This document shows, piece by piece, positions 30,542 through 42,892 of a stretch of 64,000 nucleotides of DNA. Each line of letters begins with the position of its first letter. Position 1 is the first letter of the stretch. The DNA lies in contig CDRNVI010000063.1 of NCBI GenBank assembly GCA_977017575.1, positions 434,001 to 498,000 of the forward strand, written 5' to 3'. The notes under the pieces are model-generated. The model did not search any database, was not told where the DNA came from, and saw only the letters and a list, made by a program, of their open reading frames with translations. Source of the stretch: Paramoeba atlantica (lineage: Eukaryota; Protista; Discosea). A program made the position numbers and the translations under genes.

Positions 30542-33500
30542 TCACTGACGCAGTCCACCAATCCAATGTGCTTCTGGAATATACTCGCGGAGCTGCGATA
30601 CAATAGTATACGCTGCTAGCTTTTCTATCTCGAGTTGGAAGGCCTCACGTACGTCTTCGTACTTTTGTTTGGCTCGTTGGGATAATGCCTTGAGGAGGGT
30701 TTTGGTGTCGTTGTGCAGAAGACCGCAGTCAGAGGCGGCCAGGCAACGAAAAGAGTCGCTTTCTACGCCTTTCTCCGTAACGTACTTCTTGAATTTCTTG
30801 TCGAGCACGTGCTGCATCAGCGCTGTACTTGTTTGTTTGGCATAGCTGCTGCAACAAGTGTGAACAACGGTAAAATCATACAGGACCTCCCCCATGTGGG
30901 GCCACATAATAGCAAGATCAGGACCGGATCGGATTCTGCGGGCTTTGCAAGGATGATGTTCAGCTACTTCCGCTGAGATGGAACACTTGCACTTAGTACA
31001 GAAAAACGAAGAATGGATGCGCGGTTCGATAATACAAGGGAGACCAGCTTTGGAGCACAAATCTGCGAGGTACCTCACTATGTGTGAGTGCTTTCTGGTG
31101 CAATTCATGCCCGAGCACCGGGAGCATCCTGCGACGTGTGGTATAATGCTGGTAGGAGATTCATGGCCACAGCATCCAGGGCATATAACATCGGCCGGTG
31201 CGTTATGTAATCCGATGCCCAAACGCATCATCAAAGTGTATCGGAAGAGGTACGGGTTTACATAATTGCTGGTGCTTTCTAAATGCATGTTTGATTCCTT
31301 TGTACGCTTCAATAAAAGTCCCATGTGAGAATCCTTCTGCAGCTCAGTTATCTGTTTATCGTGTTCTGCACTTAGCTTCTTTTTCAATAGCTTGCGCGCT
31401 GCCTCTCCTCGACTTTGCGGTTGTTTCACAGCTTTTTCGCTGCCTTTCTGATCTACCGGAGCGTTATTGGGTTTAAGGTGCTCATCAATAGATTTGCTGG
31501 CAGTTTCGAAGAAATGTTTTTGCTTCAGAGTCGAGGAAATTAAGCCTAGGCCACCGAGTTTCTGTGGTAGAGCGGCGAGTTTCAGGGCGTTTGCGTCTGC
31601 TCCACTCCACTTTTCTAGAACTTTGTTTACTTGGTTCTCGAAGGATTGTGCTAGTTGGAAAGTAGCGCCTGGCCGATGTACTCGTAGATGGTAATCGTGC
31701 CGTGGAATCGTACAACGGCGGAGAATGGCAAGAGACAAATTACTGGGACCCATAAGCAACAACCTGCGGAATAGGCACTTGTGTTTCTCCATTTTCTTGA
31801 TCAGCAGATTTTCCACGACTTGGTCTGTACCTACGTATGCGCCTAAGACTTTTATCGCATCACTGCAAAAGTTTACTCCAAGTTTTTCCAACGGAGGAGG
31901 CTGAGCTATGTTGGGAATGTTCTTCTGAAACCAATCGCATTTCTGGAAATTAATTCGGAGGTTCATCTCTGCGGCGATCTCACGCAGGTAAAAGAAAGCT
32001 GCCTCCAATGCTTGCACGTTTTTGGAGCTCAAAGTCACATCGTCTTGGTATGCTCGGATCTTCACGTCAGGATAGAGGTGCATGAGTTCTCGTAGCGGGC
32101 CTTGCAAAAGTGCGCAGAAGTACATTGATGAAAGTGCCGATCCTTGGCGAATTCCTGAAGAGCTTTCGATGGTAGCAAACAGAGCATTGTGCGCAAAAAA
32201 TAGCAGCTCAGAGGGAATCCCATATTCTAGGTAGAATAGGCGCATGAAAGGCTTGAAAATGGGATTACCAAGGAGTGCCTCAGCAATGGCGTTGCGTTGT
32301 GGTGTATTATACGCGTTGCTAAAATCGACGGTGAGGAGAGCATGTCCTTCTTCGTATTCATTTAAAAGTTCGTGAACGATGGACTCACATGCGTTTTTTT
32401 GCAAAATGCCTCGTTGAATTGGGGAGAAAAAATTTTGCAGAGCGTTTTCATGTCGTTGTAGAAGGATGGAACCGCAAATCTTCAGAATGGTATCCCCCAT
32501 CGCAATAGGTCGAATTCCATTTTGAGGTTTCGCTAGCGCGATGATTCTGCATCGGGTTAGACGTTTTCGCACATTCAGAGGAACTTCGCCGTTGATGACA
32601 TCCCGAAGCATGTGGCAAAGTGAAAGACATGACTCTTCGTCGTCTACGAGCAGTCGCATCATGCTTTCACTCAGGCCGGTTGGTCCTGGTGAAGCGCCTC
32701 TGGATAATTTTTCGGTCGCTAGGCGAACCTCTGATTTCTCAACAACGCCAGTCCGTGGGAAGTCTGCTTCCGGGATTCGTATGGCGTCGCCTTCAGGATG
32801 AAGTTGTTGAAGCTTTCGCACTTTTTCTTCAGGAGTGAGAGCTGATTCCTTGTAGACATTGTCCAGGATCCGAGTTGCTTTGCCAAGGTTTCCTGCCCGC
32901 GCCGTCTGTAGGGCGTGCCTGATCGAACGCCTGTCAATTTCTAACTCCGCCCGTTGTTCCGCACTCAAGTTGCTAGCTTCCAAGTTTTCTCGGTCGTTGC
33001 GAACATGAGCTACTTTTTGGTTTCGTCGAATTGCTTGACGTACTGTCGCAAGTGAATCGCGAGGCGCATTCAAAAATTTGTGCCATATCGCCTCTTTTTC
33101 TGAGTCAAGCTCCGCCGCTGCATATCCCCGAATTATCGCACGGAAAATCGCCACAACATGAACCGCGAAAGATGGGTCTATTTGAGCCATAGGCGGGAGC
33201 GGATCAAGGTCACTCTGACCGTCTTCGCATGAGATGTGCTCCGCTTGTTCCTCCAAATTTTGTGTCGGCATCTCGATTTTGAATAACTTAGTGGCTTGGA
33301 GGTTACAGATTCTGATTTTATTGGACGGTGGAAGATAAAGAAAACCGCATGGACCATCGTGACCTAGAGCCAGCTCGTATGAAATCTTGACTTTCACGGT
33401 TGATTTTCGCACGGTCCTGCCTACAACGATGCCGTTTGACTTGTAGTTTGTAGTGTTCTGTCGGAAGCCCCATTCGATCACACATTCTGTACCCTTGCCC

Positions 33501-34030
33501 CACTTGGAAACGATGTTGTACACTTGGTCGGGCGATTTGTTGCCGGCCTGTGTCATTAGCTCCTGTACTCGATCTTGCGTCGATCCATCGTCGTCCAGAC
33601 ACATTGTATCACTGGTCTCGCTTTCTGTTTCGGACATTTCTTTGGCTGGGTCCTCTTGGATATGGTTTTCGTCATGGGCTATGTTCTCGTGTGATTGACT
33701 CGTAGATCCGATGCGGAAGTTCTTGGCTTTGATTTTGATTAGATTCCGCGATGTGATTTCACACGGAGGCTCATGGTCCGCCCAATTCGGGGCTAGTGTT
33801 TTGGAACCTATTATCTTGATCTTTGGAGTCTTCTTCACCTTCACTGGTGTCTCCGTGTGCGATCCTGATTCTTCTGCTACCTTTATTCCGTTCGTCTTGC
33901 TTTGATCTCGTTGAGTACGTTGTTTTTCAACTCTCCCGTGAGACTTCCCGTTGTTCACTGTTGTTCTGCTGCCCTTTTTCCGCGTGTTTTCGGAATCTAA
34001 ACGAGAAGACGTACGAGAAAGGCGTGTCAT
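30542..34030 (-). CDS. CRE-type RT / zinc knuckle / restriction-like endonuclease protein
   Basis: GIRQGSALSS, AYQDDVTL, CPGC...HVAGC, RSGPDLAIMW...LYDFTVVH. Confidence 0.93.
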   Translation of the reverse strand: MTRLSRTSSRLDSENTRKKGSRTTVNNGKSHGRVEKQRTQRDQSKTNGIKVAEESGSHTETPVKVKKTPKIKIIGSKTLAPNWADHEPPCEITSRNLIKIKAKNFRIGSTSQSHENIAHDENHIQEDPAKEMSETESETSDTMCLDDDGSTQDRVQELMTQAGNKSPDQVYNIVSKWGKGTECVIEWGFRQNTTNYKSNGIVVGRTVRKSTVKVKISYELALGHDGPCGFLYLPPSNKIRICNLQATKLFKIEMPTQNLEEQAEHISCEDGQSDLDPLPPMAQIDPSFAVHVVAIFRAIIRGYAAAELDSEKEAIWHKFLNAPRDSLATVRQAIRRNQKVAHVRNDRENLEASNLSAEQRAELEIDRRSIRHALQTARAGNLGKATRILDNVYKESALTPEEKVRKLQQLHPEGDAIRIPEADFPRTGVVEKSEVRLATEKLSRGASPGPTGLSESMMRLLVDDEESCLSLCHMLRDVINGEVPLNVRKRLTRCRIIALAKPQNGIRPIAMGDTILKICGSILLQRHENALQNFFSPIQRGILQKNACESIVHELLNEYEEGHALLTVDFSNAYNTPQRNAIAEALLGNPIFKPFMRLFYLEYGIPSELLFFAHNALFATIESSSGIRQGSALSSMYFCALLQGPLRELMHLYPDVKIRAYQDDVTLSSKNVQALEAAFFYLREIAAEMNLRINFQKCDWFQKNIPNIAQPPPLEKLGVNFCSDAIKVLGAYVGTDQVVENLLIKKMEKHKCLFRRLLLMGPSNLSLAILRRCTIPRHDYHLRVHRPGATFQLAQSFENQVNKVLEKWSGADANALKLAALPQKLGGLGLISSTLKQKHFFETASKSIDEHLKPNNAPVDQKGSEKAVKQPQSRGEAARKLLKKKLSAEHDKQITELQKDSHMGLLLKRTKESNMHLESTSNYVNPYLFRYTLMMRLGIGLHNAPADVICPGCCGHESPTSIIPHVAGCSRCSGMNCTRKHSHIVRYLADLCSKAGLPCIIEPRIHSSFFCTKCKCSISAEVAEHHPCKARRIRSGPDLAIMWPHMGEVLYDFTVVHTCCSSYAKQTSTALMQHVLDKKFKKYVTEKGVESDSFRCLAASDCGLLHNDTKTLLKALSQRAKQKYEDVREAFQLEIEKLAAYTIVSQLREYIPEAHWIGGLRQ

Positions 34031-34061
34031 AAGCGTAGAAAAATAGAAAATTAAAATGAAT

Positions 34062-34078
34062 CAACAAGGTACAGAAAC
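34062..34078 (-). other. 5'-truncated SL exon copy (17 nt)
   Basis: GTTTCTGTACCTTGTTG about 30 nt upstream of the ATG at 34030. Confidence 0.78.
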
Positions 34079-34083
34079 AGAGG

Positions 34084-34214
34084 GTTAAGACCCTTTCTTT
34101 TGTTAAGACCCTTTCTTTTGTTAAGACCCTTTCTTTTGTTAAGACCCTTTCTTTTGTTAAGACCCTTTCTTTTGTTAAGACCCTTTCTTTTGTTAAGACC
34201 CTTTCTTTTGTTAA
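34084..34214. repeat. Type-1 18-bp array, about 7 units
   Basis: Read directly. Confidence 0.96.
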
Positions 34215-34447
34215 TTTTATCAATTTTTTGCGAAGGGCCAACTGTGAGCGTAGCCCTGGGACATAATAATATTTTTTGGCGACCCGTGCGCTCCAGCGCA
34301 TATATTATATACGCGCCGATTACTATCAAATGTGAGACATGTTCACCTTCCCCCCTTCTCTCAATTTTCAAAGAGAAACTATCCCGAAAATGAAATCTAT
34401 ATAATTTTATAAGCTGACTCAGCTTATAGTGATATTGTGTTTAGAAC

Positions 34448-35040
34448 TTATATACTATATTCTTGAGTTTGCGTGCAGCCGTCTAAGTATTTCTTTAGCT
34501 GCGCATAAATCCCTAATCCATTAAGCTCCTGAATCGTCAGCTTCATTTCGAGTTCGACCTGTTTCCTGTTTAGCATGGCCGCGTCTGCTAGCGAGTGTAC
34601 CAAGTTCTGCGTATTGCGGTGCAAAGCGCCTCCTGCCAGTACGGGTAAACATTGAAATGAGTCTTCACGAATTAAGTTCGTACGTACATATGTGTTGGAC
34701 TTTCGCTGCAGCGCGTCATTCATGAGCTGTGTGCATTTCTTTCCACGATTAGACATTGAGAGTTCGTGAATAACTGTCAGATCATAGAAGACCGCACCCG
34801 TGTTCCAATAGATCACGAGATCGGGGCCAGACCGACAAAGTTTTTTTCCTGCACAAGTCTTCTGATGTACCAACTGGTTTTCCGGACTGATTGTGGATGG
34901 GCAAGCGATGCACTTCCACGTAGAGGGTTGCGATTCCGAGGGTTGCGAGGGTGGAGGTGATTGCACGGCGTGCCCTTTGCATTGGTTCACGTGCGCCGTC
35001 TTTTTGTTGAGAGCGTAATGTCGACCGCATGCGGCGCACA
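34448..35040 (-). pseudogene. 3' (endonuclease) fragment of a family-A CRE element
   Basis: RSGPDLVIYW...FYDLTVIHE. Confidence 0.8.
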
Positions 35041-35049
35041 GAAAGCGGC

Positions 35050-35086
<37 letters not shown>

Positions 35087-35088
<2 letters not shown>

Positions 35089-35240
35089 GATTAATAAGGG
35101 GGGAGAAGTATGAAACGCGGCATTGCCTCTATATTACCCAATACATGAACCATGAAGGTCCATTGGGGGGGGGGTATATGATTTGTAAACAAGCAATCAA
35201 ATTAGCAATTTCACATGTTGTAGCCCAAAACTAGCCCTCT
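35087..35240 (-). mobile_element. Distal 3' UTR / poly(A) end of a family-B CRE element
   Basis: AAACAAGCAATCAAATTAGCAATTT...CCCAAAACTAGC block shared with 52150-52210, 56180-56270 and 62190-62250; T-tract adjacent. Confidence 0.7.
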
Positions 35241-35589
35241 TTTTTTTTTTTTTTTTTGATTTCTTCGTATTTCTTTTGTTAATGAATGTTAATGAACAAT
35301 GATTTTGTTAATGAATGATCACCATTGTGGTATTCTTGATTTATCGTGTATTCAAAATTCACCGTTAAAGATTTCCTATTTTTTTTTAACGCACCTCGCT
35401 AACGGCATTCAACTGGTATGCAGCGAAAAGGCTTATGCTTAAGACCACTTTTGAAATGAATAGGTATAAACAAAAGGATTAAATCCCCAAATGCATATAT
35501 ACGTTTATGTGATCTCCGGGAAGTATTAGAACGAGCAAAATACATTGTTTTTTACTTCGTCATCTGACTATGACGGAACCAAAAAAACA

Positions 35590-35800
35590 TCAATCTGCAT
35601 TCAACTGGTATGCAGCGAAACAGTAACAACCAAGAGCTGAAAGCTGCGGAACAATAATCACCAAGCAGCAAAACAAAAATAACCAAAGGCTGAAACCTAA
35701 CCAAGCAGCGAAACAGTAATCACCAAAGGCTGAAAGCAACGAAACATTATTAATCACCAAAGGCTGAAAGCAACGAAACATTATTAACGAAATGTTAAAA
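35590..35800. repeat. Degenerate ~40-bp tandem repeats in the presumed 3' UTR of the 35831 element
   Basis: Recurrent AGCAGCGAAACAGTAA and CACCAAAGGCTGAAAGCAACGAAACATTATTAA. Confidence 0.6.
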
Positions 35801-35830
35801 GCAGCGAAAATGTAATATTCAGAGGAGTGT

Positions 35831-38800
35831 TTAAAGACGGAGTCCTCCTACCCATTTCTCGGTTTCTATATATTGGCGCAATTGAGAGACGACTGCATAG
35901 GCTGAATATTTTTCCAGTTCAAGTTGAAAAGCTTCTCGTACAATCTTGTAATCAACATCATTTCTTTTCGCCAATGTTTTCAGCAAAACTTTTGTCTCTT
36001 CATGTAGTACTCCACAATCTGTCACAGCTATGCAGCGAAAGCATTCTGGATCAAGCCCTTTTTCTTTGACATATTTTGCTATCTTCCGCTCTTCCGCACT
36101 CTGCAGCAGGGCATTGCTGCTCTGCTTTGCATAGCTGCTGCAGCACGTATGTACCACGGTAACGTCGTATAAAATTTCTCCAACATCTGGCCACATAATC
36201 GCTAGGTCTGGGCCAGATCTAATTCGACGCGCTCGGCAAGGATGGTATTCCGCCGCTTCTGGGGAAATTGAGCACTTGCATTTGGTGCAAAAAAAGGACG
36301 CATGAATACGAGGTTCGATCGCACATGGAAGACCAGCTTTGGAACACATTTCGGCAATATAGCGTACCAAATGAGAATGTTTTCTCGTGCAATTCATGCC
36401 AGCACATCGTGAACATCCCGCTACGTGAGGAATGATTTTGCTTGATGTTTCGATTGTTCCACATCCAGGGCATGTAATCTCGCCTGACACATTACTTAGA
36501 GCAATTCCTAGGCGCATCATTAGAGTGTAACGAAAAAGATATGGATTTACGTAGTTGCACGTTGAATCTAAGTGATTGTTCGCCTCCTTCGTTCGCTTTA
36601 TGATATTTTGGAATCTCGGTATTGCATTCAATTCTGCTGCTGTCTTCTCGTGTTCATTCTTCATGCTCTTTCTTAGCTGAGTGCGTGCAGCTTGTGAATT
36701 CGTTCGTGTGCTGTCGGCTTGTTTCTTGCCTCCCTTATCTACCGGAGCATTAATGGGTTTCGATCGCTCATCAATAGATTTTAGGGACGCTTCGAAAAAG
36801 TAGCGTTGCTTTAGAACGGTTGAGGTGATTCCTAGACCTCCCATTTTACATGGGAGGGCAGAGAGTTTAAGTGCTTCACTATCTGCACCACACCATTTCT
36901 TTAAGATCTCATGGATTTCCTCGTCGAACACCTGGGCAAGAAGAAACGAAGCTCCAGGTTTGTGGACTCGAAGGTGGTAATCATGACGGGGTATGGTACA
37001 TCGCTTGAGAATCGCTAGTGACAAGTTGCTGGGACCCATAGCGCGAAGTCTTCGAAATAAACATTTATGTTTCCCTAATTTCTCCAAGAGCTTTCGTTCA
37101 ACGGCTTTATTATGCCCGATGTATGCTCCTAGGACCTTGATGGAATCCACACAGTCTTCCACCCCAAGTTCCTTGAGATCCATCCCTCGATTATTCGTTG
37201 AACTGTTGCCTTGGAATACTTCGCATTTACGGGAATTAATTTCAAGATTCAGACCACTTGCTAGTTCTTTGAGGTGAAGGAACGCAACTTCCAAAGACGA
37301 CTCATTTTTGGAGCTCATCGTCACATCGTCCTGGTAGGCTCTGATAGTAACCTCTGGATAGAGCTTCGCAATTTCTTTCAAAGGACCTTGTAGCAGTGCG
37401 CAAAAATAAACCGAAGAGAGTGCTGATCCTTGACGGACCCCAGACGAGCTTTCGATCACGGAATGTAATGAGTCGTTGGCGAAAAATAAAAGTTCCGATG
37501 GTTGACCATATTCAAAATAGAACATTCGCATAAAGTGTTTGAATACCGGGTATTGAAGGAGCGCTTCTTCTATTGCCGTACGTTGTGGCGTATTGTATGC
37601 ATTCTTGAAATCAATCGTCAAAATTGTGGCTCCAGCTTCATGCTCTTCCAAAAGTTCATGTACAATGGACTCACATGCATTCTTTTGTAATATGCCTCTT
37701 TGGATCGGTTGGAATATGTCTGACAAGGAGTTCGCATGGCGCTCAAGGAGGATACAACCGCAAATTTTTAGCAGCGTTTCCCCCATTGCAACCGGTCGTA
37801 TTCCATTGTTCGGTTTTGCAAGGGCTATCATTCTGCATCGTGTTAATCTTACTCGGACACTTTTCGCAACTTCCCCATTTATGACGTCTCTCAGCATGTG
37901 GCAGAGTGAAAGGCAGGATTCTTCGTCCTCCACTAAAATTCGCATCATGCTTTCACTCAGACCTGTCGGGCCAGGAGCTGCACCTTTTGACAATTTTTCA
38001 GTCGCTAGACGAAGTTCAGAAGGTTCCAATATCGCAATTCGCGGGAAGTCTCGATCAGAAGTTTGAGGTGTAGGGCCTTTGGGGTGTAGATCTCGAAGTT
38101 TGTCAACCTTTTCCCAGAGTGGAAGAGCAGAGTCCTTGTAAACATTGTCAAGTATGCGGGTAGCTTTTCCAAGATTTCCTGCCTTTGCTGCTTGCAATGC
38201 ATTTCGAATTGATCGTTTGTCTACTTCTTGTACAAGTCGTTCTTCCTCGGTAATGTTCGTATCGATAGTTTCCCACTCACGTCTCCCTCGACGCTGTACG
38301 GAGCTCTGGCGACGTAGGTAGTTTAGACGGATTGTGGCCAAAGAGTCCCGTGGTGTATCGAGGAGTTTGTGCCAGATAACAGTTCTTTCTGCTTCTGTCT
38401 GAGCCTTCGGGTACGCTTTAATAATGGAACGAAAAATCGCGATTACATGGACGGCAAACGTTGGATCAATTTGTGCCATCTTTGGCAGCGGTTCCAAATC
38501 AGATGTTCCCTCAATGCCTCGCTCCTCCTTGTTCTCTGAATTTCCAGTGCTTTCCATTGACACATCGACGCTTTTTACTTTATTTAGACACAGTGCCTTA
38601 ATGGACCAAATTTTCACTTTTGCAGATGGAGGAAGGTAGATAAAACCAGAGGGTCCATTGTCTCCGTCGCTTGGCTTGTATTCCACCTTCAGCTTTACAA
38701 TACCTTTTCGGACAGTCCTCTTCACCACTACTCCTTTTGAGGCATATTTCTGCTCTTTTTTGAATCCCCATCTCAGTTCGCACGTCGTTCCTTTGCCCCA

Positions 38801-38899
38801 TTCATGGATAATGGTGTTGATGTGATCTGGAGCCTTCGGAAATTCTTCGTTTTTGCGTTGCCCCACTTCCCCATCCATCGACGTTACGTCCTCATCCAC
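35831..38899 (-). pseudogene. Body of a family-A CRE ORF whose SL-capped 5' end lies at 46528-46859
   Basis: GVRQGSALSS, AYQDDVTM, SGPDLAIMW; joins in frame to MNTQNAEQ...SDVMS (46818-46528) to give 1119 aa. Confidence 0.88.
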
Positions 38900-39935
38900 T
38901 TTTTTTTTATATCGGATCCAATCTCCATGCGAAGCGATCATATACAGAAGTAACAAAAATGAAATTCAACTAGTAGTAGATATTTCTGTTGGTGTTTCAA
39001 TACTACATAAGAAGTGTACAAAAGCTATCACTATAAATTCCTTTTCGAAAGAATCGTAGATTGATATATCTTTTTGACTAGCCTATATTGCGTTAGTAGT
39101 TTTCCGAAAACGAAAGCGTTCTAAAATATATATATATATATCTTTCGGAAAACCCCAACAGAAATACTCTGATTTTTTTATGAGTCCGCAAGTTCTTTCT
39201 CCATCGCTCGCTTCCTTTTTCTGGTTTGTAACGGGGCGGTTAAGTCGGCTTTCAGCGGGTCTACTAGGTATCTCGGGACCCGGGACTTCGGAGGACTTGC
39301 GTCCGTGATAGAACCCTTCGGAAGCATGTGAACTACTCCTCGAGAGAAATCTTTTCGACACCATGTGGGGTTTTCGCCTTCGCCCATTTCGCGTAGCACC
39401 TCGCGCTCTGTGGTCAGGTACGGATAAGGTAGCGTCTGTTGAGGGATATGCCGATGAGGAGTGTAATAAGGGGTGGGAAGGTGGTGAGAGTCGAATTTCT
39501 GAAGTCGAGAAACGGGAGTTCGTGGATGATCTTCGTCCATCGGGATGGGGGGTAGCATTGCTCCTGCCTCGCGTGGTTGTTGTTGTTGTTGTTGGAATGC
39601 CTCGAGTGGTGTGGGGAGGGATGGCGGGATTGATTCGCGAGGATCGGGAGTTTCTGAATGATCTTCCATCATCACGGGGGTTAACAAAGGTTCTTCCTCG
39701 CGTGACGTGGGGAGGGACGGCGGGATCGTGTTTGTTGGCTCGGGAAACCGTGATTCGAGAGGTGTCTGCAGCCGATGACTCACGCCTGTTGGTACGGGGA
39801 GTATTGGTGGGTCTGTACGAGGGGTTCGGCTGGGGGAGAGCGGAGTGGAAATTACTCGTATGTTTTTTACACAGCTTGAAAAGCTTAGGCGTCTGGGGAG
39901 GCTCGCCCTCTGCAGGATTCCCCACCGATCTTTTG

Positions 39936-40165
39936 ATGATGATGATGTATTGGGCCTTTTGACTCCGAAAAGTTATGGCCCCTCAACTCCCCAAACGGGC
40001 AGTCCGAATACGTCTTGCGACGTATCCGGAGAGCCAGCCATAGCAAGCTACGGCTGACCTCCGTTTGGAGAGGAGTTAGGTTACAGCTAGGGAGGTGGGG
40101 TGCGCTATACCCCTGCGCCTTAGGTAATGCAAATAAGGCGCCCCTTGACCAAAAAAAACCACTCT
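39936..40165 (-). mobile_element. 230-bp 5'-truncated retro-insertion with (CAT)n tail and 19-bp TSD
   Basis: TSD ATTCCCCACCGATCTTTTG at 39917-39935 and 40166-40184; the empty site is visible at about 43923 in the other unit. Confidence 0.85.
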
Positions 40166-41526
40166 ATTCCCCACCGATCTTTTGGTGTTGAGCAATTCGA
40201 TTGAGTGACCACTCCCATCGTTTGATCGACGGATAGAATTGAGCTGGGTCCGTTCGTCGGTCTTACCTCTTTCCTCAATGACTCGGGAGTACTTTCCTGC
40301 TGTATTTGAATGCTTCCCGTCTCCACGATAGTTTCGAGCGGCAGGAGTGTCTCTTCGGCTGGCGTGAATCCTCTTTTCTCTGCCGACAGGGTAGTTCTTG
40401 GCTCGTCGAGATCTGGCTTTTCTTCTCTCCGGGATGTCGTGGCTTGATTGTGACAAATTTCCCGGGTCTGCGTCGTAGGATGCTCGAAAGGCACGGCTAC
40501 GTATTGTCCTAGTTTTCGAGACACCTCTAATCCCGCTATCGCTCTTGGGTCTAGAAACGAGCCGAGATACGCCCGCAGGGAAGCTTCGGAAACGTGCCGA
40601 GTCAGTTGCTGTATCGCTACTGCATCTTCCCCAGCCGCCGCGAGATGCTGGAGCGCGCCGCGTCTGATGGAGTACAAGGTGTGTTTTTCTTTTAGAAGAG
40701 GGTGACGAGTAACAACTGGGATTTTTCTCAATCGCTGATCGATTTGGTGTAGCTTCACCCCGGGGAATAATTGCTGTTCGTTTGCCTCTCGTCTCCGCCA
40801 TATCTGATTCACCACAAGGTCGCTCCAAAATGCCGGAACGTACATTCTTACACAACGCGGACTTAAGCGTTCCGTGGTCGTGGTGTTTTTGCACATTTGG
40901 TACATCCATATACTTAATTGCAATTCGTGGTTGTTCTCCATCATCGCTATATCGCATACTTTCTGGTTTATCAGGTCTCCTGGTCGCTGGCCCGAAAGCC
41001 AGTAGATTATCAGGAATGTTTTTTCCTCGTCGCAGAGCCCCGGTCCGGCGAGGAAACTCTTCAAACCGGCTAGATCCATGGGACACGCTCTTATTGCTGG
41101 ACTCGCCCTCCGGTGCATCGCTCCTTTGAGGGCTTCTATTTTCTTTAATGGGAGCGGCGATCCTCGCAAAGCGTATTCGTTCCCCAAATGGCAAAGGTAT
41201 TGAGCAACGGTTTGTCCCTTTAAACCTTCTGTTTCGTTCAGATGCACCGCAAATGCGGCTAGGTATATCTCCTCCTCGAGGTAATGTACGTAGTCTCGGA
41301 GCCGCCCCACATAACTTTGATACCGTCGCCATATGCGACGCATAATGTCCCTTGTTCCTTCCGCGAACTTCTCGCGAAAGACATTTTCGGCTTTCAAAAC
41401 TTCTTGGCAGACTGTTTCTTCTGATAATTGCTGTATAACTATATTTTTTGGTATTTTTGTTTGTAATAATGACCCCTCTTTTGGGAAAGATCGGCCGGCG
41501 CCGAGGAAACTTTGCATTAGGTGCAC
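40120..41526 (-). CDS. Tyrosine recombinase of YR-3, unit 2 (C-terminal extension cut by the insertion)
   Basis: WLSGQRPGDL (R), LYSIRRGA, LTRHVSEASLRAY (H...Y); start codon uncertain. Confidence 0.82.
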   Translation of the reverse strand: MHLMQSFLGAGRSFPKEGSLLQTKIPKNIVIQQLSEETVCQEVLKAENVFREKFAEGTRDIMRRIWRRYQSYVGRLRDYVHYLEEEIYLAAFAVHLNETEGLKGQTVAQYLCHLGNEYALRGSPLPLKKIEALKGAMHRRASPAIRACPMDLAGLKSFLAGPGLCDEEKTFLIIYWLSGQRPGDLINQKVCDIAMMENNHELQLSIWMYQMCKNTTTTERLSPRCVRMYVPAFWSDLVVNQIWRRREANEQQLFPGVKLHQIDQRLRKIPVVTRHPLLKEKHTLYSIRRGALQHLAAAGEDAVAIQQLTRHVSEASLRAYLGSFLDPRAIAGLEVSRKLGQYVAVPFEHPTTQTREICHNQATTSRREEKPDLDEPRTTLSAEKRGFTPAEETLLPLETIVETGSIQIQQESTPESLRKEVRPTNGPSSILSVDQTMGVVTQSNCSTPKDRWGIEWFFLVKGRLICIT

Positions 41527-41583
41527 TGTACGGTCTTCTCCCTCCCCGTACAGTTTGATGGGGCGTCCGGCCCCGGGGCCGAG

Positions 41584-42369
41584 TCACTGAGACCCGGCGA
41601 TGTTGTGGCCGTTTCGGGAGGCCATTCCCCGTCCGCCTCGGGCGCGCCCTACGCCTCGGAAAGGTCCTCGAAAACGCTCTCCGTACCCGCGCCCTCCTCC
41701 GTTTTTTGCGTTCATAGCGGCTCCTTGCGCGATCGACATATTTTGGTAATACGACATGGTCGCCTCGTGCGCCTGGGTATATTGATCGTCCATCGGGGCG
41801 CTCCGCGCAGTTTCTTTCCAATAGCGGCCGTATTCTCGACCAAACTTATGTTTGTAACGAAGATAGTGCAAATTCTCAAACGCGGGCTCCACTGAAACCA
41901 TCGAAAACGGACGTCCTGCTCGCGCGTGCAACCCGCAATCTTGGAGGTGTTTCGAGATCGTGTCGAGACTTTCTCTCAAACTTATGGCATCCCCCGCAAC
42001 CGCACCAGGATCTTTTGAGTTTCCAAATTGTTTGCGAATTTCATGCTCCAATCGTCCAATTAAATTGTCCCGGTATAGATCACTGCAGAAATGTCGGTAT
42101 TCCCATTCTTTTGGGCGGAAAAGCTTTTCGTGGGGGAGGTCATGGGCCGCAGGATCATACCCGCCCGGCGCCGACACACTCTTTGCTGCCATTCCCAGAG
42201 CTTCCCGAATTTGCGCGGATTGCCGCTCCACCGTAGCTTCCAACATACCGATGCGCTCTTGATCAATCTTCGTTGACGCCATGAGTTCCTCCATACGCTG
42301 CATCATTCTGGTATTATCCCCCAACTGCTGGATCACATCTCTCGGAGAGGGTGGCTGACCTTCGGCCAT
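41584..42369 (-). CDS. Gag-like ORF1 of YR-3, unit 2
   Basis: First ORF after repeat A; coiled-coil-like N-terminus and RGG-rich tail; no zinc knuckle, so assigned by position. Confidence 0.6.
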   Translation of the reverse strand: MAEGQPPSPRDVIQQLGDNTRMMQRMEELMASTKIDQERIGMLEATVERQSAQIREALGMAAKSVSAPGGYDPAAHDLPHEKLFRPKEWEYRHFCSDLYRDNLIGRLEHEIRKQFGNSKDPGAVAGDAISLRESLDTISKHLQDCGLHARAGRPFSMVSVEPAFENLHYLRYKHKFGREYGRYWKETARSAPMDDQYTQAHEATMSYYQNMSIAQGAAMNAKNGGGRGYGERFRGPFRGVGRARGGRGMASRNGHNIAGSQ

Positions 42370-42892
42370 GGGAATGGACGATTAGTTAGTAGTTTTCCGA
42401 AAACGAAAGCGTTCTAAAATATATATATATATCTTTCGGAAAACCCCAACAGAAATACTCTGATTTTTTTATGCTATAAAAAATCCATTTATACTAAATT
42501 ATCTTTTTTTATATCGGATCCAATCTCCATGCGAAGCGATCATATACAGAAGTAACAAAAATGAAATTCAACTAGTAGTAGATATTTCTGTTGGTGTTTC
42601 AATACTACATAAGAAGTGTACAAAAGCTATCACTATAAATTCCTTTTCGAAAGAATCGTAGATTGATATATCTTTTTGACTAGCCTATATTGCGTTAGTA
42701 GTTTTCCGAAAACGAAAGCGTTCGTTTGGAGCATCTCGCGGAGCACGGGTCCTAATTTTTTTGATTCGCCCCGATAACGCAGATCACGGAACTTTTTCAA
42801 CAATTGCATAAACTTTTCCGGATTAATAATATAATCAAACAGTTCTGCCTCTTCACTCATATCTTCTTCCTTAGCCATTCTGACTAACTCGG

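Larger units (their letters stand above)
30475..34078 (-). mobile_element. Apparently intact family-A CRE non-LTR retrotransposon with a truncated SL at its 5' end
   Basis: Single 1162-aa ORF; SL fragment 34062-34078; abuts a type-1 array. Confidence 0.93.
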
